A program made the translations under genes and the position numbers. Shown piece by piece: positions 53,083 to 64,000 of a stretch of 64,000 bases of DNA. Numbering within the stretch: position 1 is the first letter of the stretch; each line of letters begins with the position of its first letter. The stretch is from Octopus sinensis (lineage: Eukaryota), in the NCBI RefSeq assembly GCF_006345805.1, contig NC_043005.1, forward strand, positions 86,366,001 through 86,430,000, in the 5' to 3' direction. The notes below the pieces were generated by a model. It made no database searches. It saw only the letters and a list, made by a program, of their open reading frames with translations, and was not told the origin of the DNA.

Positions 53083-53766
53083 TATGCGATATAGTAGGAA
53101 AACCTTCCTGGACTAGTTATGTCTAATAAAAAATAGCTTATTTCCCTAAGTTTTAACACCATTTCCTTCGAAATAGTCATCTTTCGTTGCAATACACCTT
53201 TCCCAGAATTTCTGCGACTTTTTGAATCCGGTCTGGAAGTCATTTTCTGTAAGCGGGTCGAGGAACTTCTGCGATTCGGTCCGGATCTCGACAACAGTGT
53301 TCAAATAGCGAACTCCATCTTGGAAAAAGATATGGAAGTTCGCAGGTGCTAATTCTGGCAAATAGGGCCGGTGCAGTAGAGATACGGTGTTGTTTTTGGT
53401 GGGAAACTCACGATGAGGCGAGCTAAGTGACGATGCAGGGATGAAGGGCTCTTCGATGTGAGGATTGCTGCTTCGTCTCAAGGCCGTAACCTGAAGTATT
53501 TTTAATGTCTCTGTAGCAGACGTCCGAAGTTTAATGCAAAATTTAACGTTTGCTCCTTTTTCCAGTCCATGCCAGAACCGTAGACTACAGCATACAAGTG
53601 ATCACAAAAACGTGAACTTCCTACCTTGAGAAGTAAACACAACTACATCACTCAACATATTGCCTCATAAAGGTCACTGCTAGCTCTCACTGCACACACA
53701 ACCATATGCTGCCATCTGCTGGCGCGCTACAGAACAAGTCCGGGGACTTTTTGATACTACCTCGTA
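53083..53766 (-). mobile_element. mariner-like element, internally deleted
   Basis: HRPYLPELAPANFHIF (YSPDLAP motif) in ORF 53146-53481. Right end GTCCGGGGACTTTTTGATACTACCTCG-TA; degenerate left TIR at about 53083. Confidence 0.8.
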
Positions 53767-54580
53767 AATATATACACCGTCAAACGCATGAAAGTTAAGG
53801 CTCAAAGTGGATCCAACTATAAATAATACAAATATATTTGATTAAAACCCAGAGTGTGGGTAAAATATCGAACTGCAACGTTAAAATTGATTCATGTTAT
53901 TTTATTTCTTTAACGAAGAAATCGAATGAGCATGTATTTTTGAAGCATTAAGTAATCGCTTTGATCATCTCCGTTATTGATAAATGTTTGATTGGAAATC
54001 TTTTATTTTTTTATATTTTTAGCATAGCTTTTATCAGCAGATTAGCTTTTACCTATTAATTGAAGTTGTTTTGTGCGTAAGAAGGAATTTGCAGTAATTA
54101 CAAGTGATTAGTCTATTTAACTAAAACGGTCATGTGATTTCCCTGATTGACCAAATATTTTTGTCTTCTTTGCCGTTTGTATTTCCAACAATGTTTCGAA
54201 TTTTTCGCTCACGTGATTGCCTCGTCTGCTTCAACTACGATTTCCTTATCTGTTTAGTTTTAAAGTCAAATAAGCTGATTTACGAAAGCAATATATAATT
54301 CCCTTATCGCCTTATTTTCAATTTCACTGAAATCTAGAATATATACGCCATCTTTGTCCCTTGTTTACTAGATTATTTATATGGCTTTTAAAAGCTTTCT
54401 CTGCATAAACTGATGAGATTGTCTTGCAAGTAACTAGCCTTATTGTTTTTCTTTTCCCTTTTCTAAATGTATTGCAGCAATTACCCTTTTTCTAAATCCA
54501 ATCAGCAATATTCATTAAGCAATGGCATCATTCCGTCAACGTATCAGTTTTCGTAACTGCTGCCTTTCTAAATAGCATGT

Positions 54581-54719
54581 GTACTCTGAAGTTAAATTAC
54601 AGTTTTATTCTGCTCATATACTTCTATGTGTACTCGCATATTCTGCTCATATAGCTCTATGTGTACTCTCAGTTTTATTCTGCTAATATGCCTCTATGTG
54701 TACTCTCATATTTCTATAC
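54581..54719. repeat. Short degenerate minisatellite
   Basis: Repeated ATTCTGCTCATAT..CTCTATGTGTACTC units. Confidence 0.7.
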
Positions 54720-55229
54720 TAAATCTAGCACAATTACATCAACTACACATTTGTACTACCTTTTTTACACGACCAACTTTTTCCTAAAAACGTTGAAAAC
54801 AAATATTTTAGAATTGATCATCAAAATTAACTTATCCGGTGAATCACCTTTGTTCACCTTAAAACTATTGCAGGGTTTCATATATTCTACACTGAAGGGG
54901 ATTCATTGAAAACTGAAACTTATTTTTAAAAGAAATACCTTCATGCAATGTGTCTCTTATTCTATGGGTCTGTTTTGCAGAAATTTTAAGTTACGGGTAC
55001 GTAAACACGCTAACACGAGTTGTGAAACAGTGGTGGGAAGTAAACACATACATACAGTCAGACACACCCACACGTGTGTGCCGGTGACACGTAGAAAGCA
55101 CCCGTACTCATGACACATAAAAGGCACCCAGTACATTCTGTAAAGCGGTTGGCTTTAAGAAGGGCCAACAAAAACTCTAATAGTGACTTCAGTATCTCAC
55201 AATTGGCAAAAACATCTGCAAGCAATGCA

Positions 55230-55790
55230 CAGCTCTAGAGAAATACCGAAATACTTCTCTGGAATGTGCACACTTTATTGTGACTTACGAATTGCCTATC
55301 AGGGTACCTTGATAGAAATATTACTTCAGGAACTGTTCCATCAGGGCATCCCTCAACCAACTCAAACCATACTGGATCACGAATTATCTGTCAGTAGTAT
55401 GCTTTAATCGAGAGATCCTGACAAGACAAACTCACAAATATCTATCAAATTACCTCTTATCCAACGCGTGCCTCACTGCTTTGCGAATTATCTATCAATT
55501 TAATTAGAACTTTGGAAACACTTTGAAAGACATTCAAATTACGCAGTGATGTATTCCAATGGTATATAACACTCAACTCTTACGATTATAGCTGATACAT
55601 ATCTTAATGTCAAATTAAATGGAAGACATCATACACAGAGGAGGACATAACGTGCTCCCACATTAGCTAGACGCACAACGACTCAACAGCTAGAAACATG
55701 GCTCGATGCAAATAATCGAAACGTAGCTCCACCCTAATCTCCTGTCTTTCTTGTTAACAACAACACCAAACACCATGAACTACAACAAAT
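55230..55790 (+). mobile_element. Degenerate LINE RT relic
   Basis: Broken frames including QQLETWLDANNRNVAP, resembling the region after the YADD motif of non-LTR RTs. Confidence 0.45.
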
Positions 55791-56059
55791 ATTCTCTTAT
55801 AATTCACGCATGTGCGTTATATACAGCAGGCTACAACTATTTTTGTGTGTGAGTGTAGGAGAAAGTGTGTTTGAGTTTAGGGTAAGATGCGTGAGTGAGT
55901 GTAAGTATGTGTGGTCATTTGGCTCGTTTCTGTAGCGGTATGACTAGTGTGTGACGATATTTTTCAAGTAGTGGAGTGCATCTAATTATTTCTCATTCCC
56001 ATTCAATATCTCTCCATGCTACGTCGGAAACTCTTGCTCGCTGCCAGCGCCTCCCTTAC

Positions 56060-56159
56060 CGAGTTTCCAATCATTAGCTATGGAGCTAGCATGCAGTGAT
56101 GCCTGCTGTTTGAAAATGGAATTTCTCCTTGGTCCATAATAAAAGACTGTCGATTTCAT
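56060..56159 (-). CDS. Putative coding exon MKSTVFYYGPRRNSIFKQQASLHASSIANDWKL, unknown protein
   Basis: Open frame from ATG (56159) to a G/GTAAGG donor at 56059. Unique, non-repetitive sequence. Confidence 0.25.
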
Positions 56160-57053
56160 AGCGGTTGTATTGGCAGAAATTCATTCTCAGGACCAAATCA
56201 ATGAGAGCGATGACAGTCTTCTAGCTTTTATATTTGCTAGTCTACTATTGGAAATGTGTTATTATTTATTTATGTATTTATTTCATTATTCTTATTGGTT
56301 ATTCTGTATTCATTTCTTGTTTTTGTGTTTGTACTGGTGTGATATTTATTTTTATTTTCGTTCTTTATTAACCTTCTTCGCTTTGGATATAGATTCATTT
56401 GAAACAATCATTGACAAAGATGATTGTTGCCATGAGATGTATGTTTGAGTTTGTGTGTATATTCAAGCAATAGAGGAGAGGATAAAAGAAAAATGTTTGT
56501 TAGGATGACTACAGAATAACATAAAACCATAGCCGTGAATGCATGATATATGAATCAAAAGACAAACTAGCTTCGGGGAGAACATAATGGACCCTCTCTT
56601 CAGAGTCCACAATCAATGATAAATTGTTTACCGATTCTAAATGGTATCTTGCATGGATAATCAGAAAGAATTCAACAAATAAATGGAAGAATAAAATGAA
56701 AAAGGAAAGAAAAAAAATATACGAGATAAAAAGCGACAACAAGGAGCAGTACGTAACATGATAGTTAACGCATAGAAGCAGCAATACATTCAATGGCCGA
56801 CTGGACTAGATAGTCAGGCTTTTGTAGCGTGCTTAGTGAGAATAAAGACAAGCAGACTAGTTATTTTTTTTGGCTTTTCAGGCAACTGGAGGTATTTCGA
56901 TAAATAAATCGGTAAATAAAGAAAAAATATTGTATGTTAGCAGAAATATAGATACGTTTGAAAATGGAGAGGGTATTTAATTGGGTTAATGGGTAAATAG
57001 CTGTCTGTTTGATACATATGTGTCTGTGTGTGTATGCATGTATACATATATGC

Positions 57054-57118
<65 letters not shown>

Positions 57119-57252
57119 GATATACATACGTATATATATATATATGTGTGTGTGTGTAATAATTTTTATATTTACACACAAGTATATGTGTATGAAATTT
57201 GTATGCATCTATCTGTCTGCCTGTCGGTCTGTCTCGCTTTCTCTCTCCCCCA

Positions 57253-57310
<58 letters not shown>

Positions 57311-57804
57311 TGTATGTATGCATGTATGTATGTGTGTCTGTGTTTCTTATGTATATAATCATGTAAAATAATTATCTATTGCGTCATAAAGGTAAAATCG
57401 ATAAATAGAGTAATGTAAATTTGATTTTCTGTGAGGTTGGAAAATATGCAAAATTTGTTAGGAAGGAAATAAAAATGATGCGGCAGAGTTTTTCTAACAT
57501 AGAGTATGTAAAGCTCTGCTCTGTCTCATTATTTTTGCTTCTCTTAGCTTTACTCTGGAGCGGGGCTTTGCTGGTTATTCTACTTCCCTCTGCCCATTCA
57601 CTTTCATTTTTTATCGATTTAACTCTATAAATATTGCTCACCCACAACAACATCATTGCCTTTAGAGTCTGATCATAATACACGATTTACGGATACTAGA
57701 AATGCTGGTGAACAACGTATCACAGACAGGCTCTGGCGCAACAATTGTGAGCTGTTACAAAGACAGCATAAGTTATGTTCAGCCAGTAGACATCTTTGTT
57801 TAGA

Positions 57805-58350
57805 TACATAGAGCACAGAGGACGGACGTTTTTAAAAGGTTCAAAGAATCATTAATTGAAGCTGCAAACTGACTTTATTGACATCTATGTATTTGTATTG
57901 AAGTAGCATTTGTCAAAATCAAGTTTTAAAAAAAATATCCATCATGTGGTGTCCGTTTTCATTTATGCATTTATTAAGGCTTTCTTGAAAGTTGGCCTCC
58001 ACTCTCTCCAGCATCGCTCTGTGCATAGTCCCATGGTTTCAACTGTTGCCCAATAACCACTTCGTACGGGTGGAAATGCAGGTCTTCATGCAAAATACGC
58101 CGTATCGATCGATTACTGATGCCAAGTTCAATAGAATGCCTCCCAGTCGAGCGATTCGGACGCGTATCAAAACTTATCTGACGCGTCACTGTCATAGGCA
58201 AACATGCGATGATCTATCGTCCAGAGCGCCATGGCTTCACCTGAAAAGGGAACAAATGTTAAGACACCGCGGACTCAATGGTATCTGTCGGACATATGTC
58301 CCTTCTGATGGGCCTGAGTAATAGCTATTTCAAATACATCTATCCTCTCT
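57805..58350 (-). mobile_element. Tc1/mariner-superfamily fragment (maT/rosa-like), internally deleted
   Basis: ELGISNRSIRRILHEDLHFHPYE (ORF 57974-58201) fused to a C-terminal KCINENGHHMMDIF. Confidence 0.65.
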
Positions 58351-58849
58351 GCCGCAGTCTGTAGTTTTGAGCCTGTAGCTATTGAAAAAATGATGTTGTT
58401 CCCTTTGTAAAATGAGAAGCAGTCCTACATAGCGCTATGACTAGAGAGGAAGATGTTGAATGAAAGAAAGATAGTAATTTTAGAAATGGTTGAATGAAAG
58501 GGAGGTAATAATAAAAAAAAAGCGTTGAATGAAAGCGAGGTAATAAAAAAAAGATTAAATGAAAGAGAGATAAGAATGGTGAGCCCAACGAACTAAGGTG
58601 CGCGAGTGTGTCTATATGTGAGAATGGTTGGTGTGAGTGTGTCTGCGAATGGAGCGAGTGAGTTTGACGTGCATTTGTGTGTAACGTGTGTGTGTTGTGT
58701 GTAGCAGCTGATGTTTTTCAAGTGGTGTATGCACATGTGTATGAGTGTGTGCGTGTCTGTGACCAAATACTGGCATATGTATAGTATATTTTTGTACGCG
58801 AAATTCATCTTTGTCTATACGCGTTGTATAAATAGTGTGTGAGTTCAGC

Positions 58850-59830
58850 TATTATGTGGTTGTATGAGTGTGGGAGTGTTCATGAGGGTGTGTGTTGTGA
58901 GTACTGAGTTAGACAGTGTGTGTGACTGTTCGTATAGTGGTATGTGTGATGACGTATATTTGTCTGTCCTTGTTTGTACCCTCTGTGTTTAGCCCCTTGT
59001 GTGTAGTAAAGAAATAGGTATGTGTGATGGCGCCATTGAAGATTGTGTGTTGGTGTGTGGATAATTATGTGTGGTGTAGCTGCTGAGAAGTGGTCGGTGG
59101 TAGGGCGTGTGGCGTGGAAAGATATTCTGGGAAAGTTAGGGAAGGTGTTGTGGGTGTGAGTGTAATGGTGTGTGAAGTGAGGGAGCGGACAAGTTCGGCC
59201 AGGCAAAGATGCGTGAAGGCGTCAGGTTGAGGGTCAGCTAAATGCCAAGGAAGTGCTTGAGCGCAAGAAGCCCCTCGCTGTGTGCGATCACCATATATAA
59301 ACTTTTAGTGCCAAGAATGAATAGAGGTCGATCGGGGCCAGGAGAGAAAGAGAAGGAGTTAAACAAACGGAGAGCAGGATTGGTGTCATGGATGTGTGAG
59401 CAGAGGAAAGCCACTAGGAAATCAAGGAGACGGTCGACGTATTTTGAGAACATTTCCGAGAGACAGTTGCAAGCGGAGACGATGGAGCGATAAGGGGTGT
59501 TTGACATATGGATCTTGGGTAGAAAGTGGGTAGGTTACAGACAATTATGTTCAAGGCGGTGGGAGCGAAACGGGGGGAAGAAACGAGGTCAGGAATAGTG
59601 GAGGACAGAGGCCTATTGGTAGTTAGGCGTGGGGTTGGAGGGCACAAAGCAATAGAAGGAAGTACCTTGAAACTGAGGGAGAGCTTCAGCCTTGTAAGTG
59701 TCTGCACCCCACCGCACTACACCTCCACCCTTCTCGGCCGGTTTGTTGATGACATATTTGCGGCGTCGGAGACATCGAAGGGCTGAGAGTTCGACCAGGG
59801 AGATGTTGAAACATCAGGGATGCCTGCAAA
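58850..59830 (-). mobile_element. Penelope-like retroelement RT fragment
   Basis: INKPAEKGGGVVRWGADTYKAEA (cf. IKPADKGGAVVVW) and NTPYRSIVSACNC...HIHDTNPALRLFNSFSF...TKSLYMVIAHSEGLLAL. Confidence 0.88.
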
Positions 59831-60023
59831 AGCTGAACCGGTCATTGACTTCCAGACAGAAGATAACCAGTCTTTTCTTTAAATTTATATAATGTTTTCC
59901 CATATTTGATTAGATGAGATACATCGAAGCCGGGAATATTTTCTTTATATAATATTTTATTAAATTCTCAATTAAATTGAAATGTCTCAGACTAGCTTCT
60001 GTGCTGTTTCCACCTTAACTTTT

Positions 60024-60435
<412 letters not shown>

Positions 60436-61115
60436 TGGATGATATAAATATAGATATAGATATAAATTAAATAAGTATTACTAACATTATTTAAAATGAT
60501 GTTAATAATAAAGTGGTTAGCAATTTTAGACATTTATAGGGAAAATATGAATAAAATACAGAAGGGTATTGTAATACTACCTGCTATGAACAGAGATGTC
60601 GCACTCAACCACAATATACTCGCTAAAAAATACACACGGTGGATGCGACAAACATAGCAAATACAAGCTCACCTTGCATAGAAGACATAAGAAAGGATGT
60701 GTATAATTGAGGATCTCTGTATCGCTTTGTATATTTAGAAAATTCTTTAGCTCACCAGCCGGACTAAACACATAATACGCTATTCCTGAAATATTCATCA
60801 CATGACACCGTGTGCGTTCTTACGTTAGAAAGCCCGGTGTCATTCAAAGAATGAACATAATGTGCATTATTAATAAATTTGAATTAAAGAAGTATCACTA
60901 GCAGTATTTAGTATAATGTTAATAATAAAGAGGCTCCGTAAACAAAAAACCCTCGAATAGAGTAGACCGTGTAGTCCGAATCCTGGTTTAAATGACTATC
61001 AAGTTAGAAATGGCCTGGCCAATACTGGCCGAAACCTGTCAAAATAAGTGTATATGTATATGGGTGTGGATGTGTTTGTCTGTATGTCTCTGTATGAATA
61101 CATACATATATACAC

Positions 61116-61150
<35 letters not shown>

Positions 61151-61419
61151 AGTGTGTGAGTGTGTGGGTTCTCTGTAATTCATTATATATAGCGTTCTAT
61201 CCATGAGGGAGCGGTGTCGGTTTGGGTGTGTCGAAACGATCGTTGTGATAAACGTTCCAGTATATAACTTCCGTATCCGTTACTACTACTTATACTACTT
61301 GCCGAACCACTAAGTTACGGGGACGTAAACACACCATCATCGGTTGTGAAGTAATGGTGGGGGACAAACACATACACACAAACATATGCACACACAAACA
61401 TATGTATATATATATATAT

Positions 61420-61499
<80 letters not shown>

Positions 61500-61537
61500 A
61501 TATATATATATATACATATATATATACATATATATAT

Positions 61538-61940
61538 AGGCGCAGGAGTGACTGTGTGGTAAGTAGCTTGTTTACCAACAACATGGTTCCGGGTTTAGTC
61601 CCACTGCGTGGCACCTTGGACAAGTGTCTTCTACTATAGCCTCGGGCCGACCAAAGCCTTGTAAGTGGATTTGGTAGGCGGAAACTGAAAGAAGCCCGTC
61701 GTATATATGTATATATATATGCGTTTGTGTGTCTGTGTTTGTCCCCTAGCATTGCTTGACAACCGATGCTGGTGTGTTTATGTCCTCGTTACTTAGCGGT
61801 TCGGCAAAAGAGACCGATAGAATAAGTACTGGGCTTACAAAAGAATAAGTCCCGGGGTCGAGTTGCTCGATTAAAAGCGGTACTCCAGCATGGCCGCAGC
61901 CAAATAGCTGAAACTAGTAAAAGAGTAAAAGAGTAAAAGA
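61538..61940 (+). mobile_element. Full-length SINE family B
   Basis: Head, internal TA/TG tract, body and (TAAAAGAG)n tail. It appears nested in the microsatellite of an opposite-strand copy (body about 61270-61410, remainder 61941-61962). Confidence 0.9.
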
Positions 61941-61977
61941 ATATATACGACGGGCTTCTTTCACATACATACATACT

Positions 61978-62054
<77 letters not shown>

Positions 62055-63710
62055 CTACACGTGAGTGTGTTTGTTTGAGTAAACATAAGTATATCTCTAT
62101 TGTGTGACATTTTGGAAAAAAGAACTTGAAATCGGTGGTTTTTTTTTTTTTTGGCTTTTTACGTTACATTTTTTATTTATTTATTATCCAGCAGAAACAT
62201 ATAACTAACATTTATCACGCTGATTGATCAAATTTCGTTTCCCTCAAAGATGGCGTATCATTTTGCCTCCCACATTTTTTGGAGTGGGGGCAGAGATTTT
62301 ATAAAAAATTTCAATTCTTCATAGCGATAATATATTTTGTTTATATACGGTTTGTATATTTATACATTGTTTATTGCCCTTTTTATAGAAGAAACGAGAA
62401 ATAACATCGTCGGTCATAAAGTTTATTTCCGCGAAATTATCTTTCAAATTCTCAAGAATGAGGCTTTTCCTTTGCTAAATATAAGGTTGTTTATCTTGTA
62501 CGATATAATCCTATTGTTCGTAGTAATTGGTATAATCTCGTTATCATTCAGTTATACGATTCCAGATTAGACAAAACACGGCTTAAAATTTGTTATCTTA
62601 AAGTTTGCAAACCTTCTGTTTCAGAAGAAAATAAAAGAAAAAAATATGATTCGGTAGTTTAAACTGCTGGAAGCCTTATAACTATCATTGCCTGTGGACC
62701 AGAAAGTATGCTATCAGCAAAAGATCACATTTTGAAATATCTCCTATATTTTAATGTTTATGAGTTTAAACTGGAACTTGAAAGTTCTATGCCGGACATC
62801 TAGTCCAATAAACCCAAAAATCTTTTCTCACGTACGAAAAGGAAGAGGCCCAGTGATAGCCGAACCAGACACGATTTCAATAAGAATGTCACAAACCTTA
62901 AATACGAAACATAAACAAAATTCTACTGTATTTGATATGATGACATATGAAGTCGTGGAACAGATAATAAATGGCACACAGCTAACAACTATGACCAAAG
63001 TTCTGCGAATTTCATAGTTTAGAGGATCAATTGATGAACGATGTAAGTGTTTAGGCTGTTTCAATGTGTTTATGAAGTTGAAATCCTAAACATTATGCAA
63101 GTTACCAATAAGTGTAGCCTGAATGAAAAGAAGTTATACATTGATTTGAAGTGTAAGTAGAATTATTTCGTCTTAGCCTTTCTATTCGTGACAATGGTGA
63201 TTTTAATTCAGATAAGTCTCACTCGAAACAGCAAGTGGAAAATTAAAAGTTAACGTTACAAATAACTCCAATCCTATAGACATGTGATAGCCTGAATATT
63301 TAATTATGAAGGATGTCATATTTAAAAATTTCCTGTGTGATAGGTTTCAAATAATATAAATTGTAAGTTTGAGTGTTTCATGAAACACTGATGGGCGAGT
63401 TGCAGAAAATAAAAGAAAATAAAATTAAAGTTAGGGATATAAAGACAGTTATGATCTCTGCATTCCTCCCCGGTATGTTATATTTTAAGACATGTACAAG
63501 AATCAGAACGAAAGCAATCTTAAAGGCTGGCTTTGATTTCCCCAGGCTCCCTCTGTACAAAAGATGATAAGATGCTGGCTTTAACGGGGATTGAATTTTC
63601 AAGTTGTGTTACGCCGCCAGAGACAACTTGCAAATCATATCCTTTGACAAAATATTATGGACATAGTTTTCGACACCATAAATTTTTCAAAAATGTTGTA
63701 AATATTGCAG

Positions 63711-63861
63711 GCTTAACAAAACAATAATTTTAGCAACGACACAACACGGTGCTTTTCTCGCCTGTTGCCATCAGCTGGAGCGGAGGAAACGAGGAGTTTG
63801 TACTTTTGAATATCAGGAAGATCAGCATGAGCAGAATATTTATCTTGATTTTTATGATGAA
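63711..63861 (+). CDS. Putative internal coding exon LNKTIILATTQHGAFLACCHQLERRKRGVCTFEYQEDQHEQNIYLDFYDE, unknown protein
   Basis: attgcAG acceptor, GAA/GTGAGA donor, 151 nt with 50 open codons, balanced composition. The ORF track misses it because it has no start codon. Confidence 0.5.
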
Positions 63862-64000
63862 GTGAGAAAATATGGAGGAACCGCAGACGCGCCCAATGGT
63901 GCTTTTTAAGATTTGTAAATGGCATAAAAGTAATTAGATATGTTGTCTCCTCATGTTTGTCGCTCCTACTAACAATGCACTATAAATTTCTACCTTAAGG

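Noticed and set aside
62828-63064. GPCR TM6/7-like hydrophobic ORF
   Set aside because: No conserved rhodopsin-family motifs and no convincing splice boundaries. Hydrophobic translations are common in AT-rich antisense frames.
63373-63800. Resemblance to ABCC transporter NBD1 (LMGELQ, NKTIILATTQ)
   Set aside because: No Walker A/B or LSGGQ signature, the switch His is absent, and the following hydrophobic strand is replaced by charged residues.

Overview
This is AT-rich eukaryotic DNA, dense in repeats, and looks intronic or intergenic. The SINE families and the (TA)n/(CA)n/(TTA)n/(ATAG)n microsatellite load look like an octopus (coleoid cephalopod) genome; that assignment is inferred from repeat recognition. 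Most ORFs in the supplied track are translations of microsatellites. Supportable content: one near-complete Tc1 (DD34E) element with about 200-bp TIRs and TA target duplication; fragments of maT (DD37D), mariner and Tc1 elements; R4/Dong, RTE and Penelope-like (PLE) retroelement fragments; and many SINE copies. No host gene could be named, but there are a few isolated exon-like segments. The most notable signal is a set of minimal type-I hammerhead ribozyme motifs from several repeat families. Three outward-facing inverted cassettes carry them; one has a perfect 139-bp inverted repeat and another is flanked by a 12-bp target-site duplication. A fourth inverted cassette, without a convincing ribozyme, encloses a copy of nearby DNA. 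The intact ribozyme cores are on the minus strand only. Boundaries of degenerate repeats are approximate.
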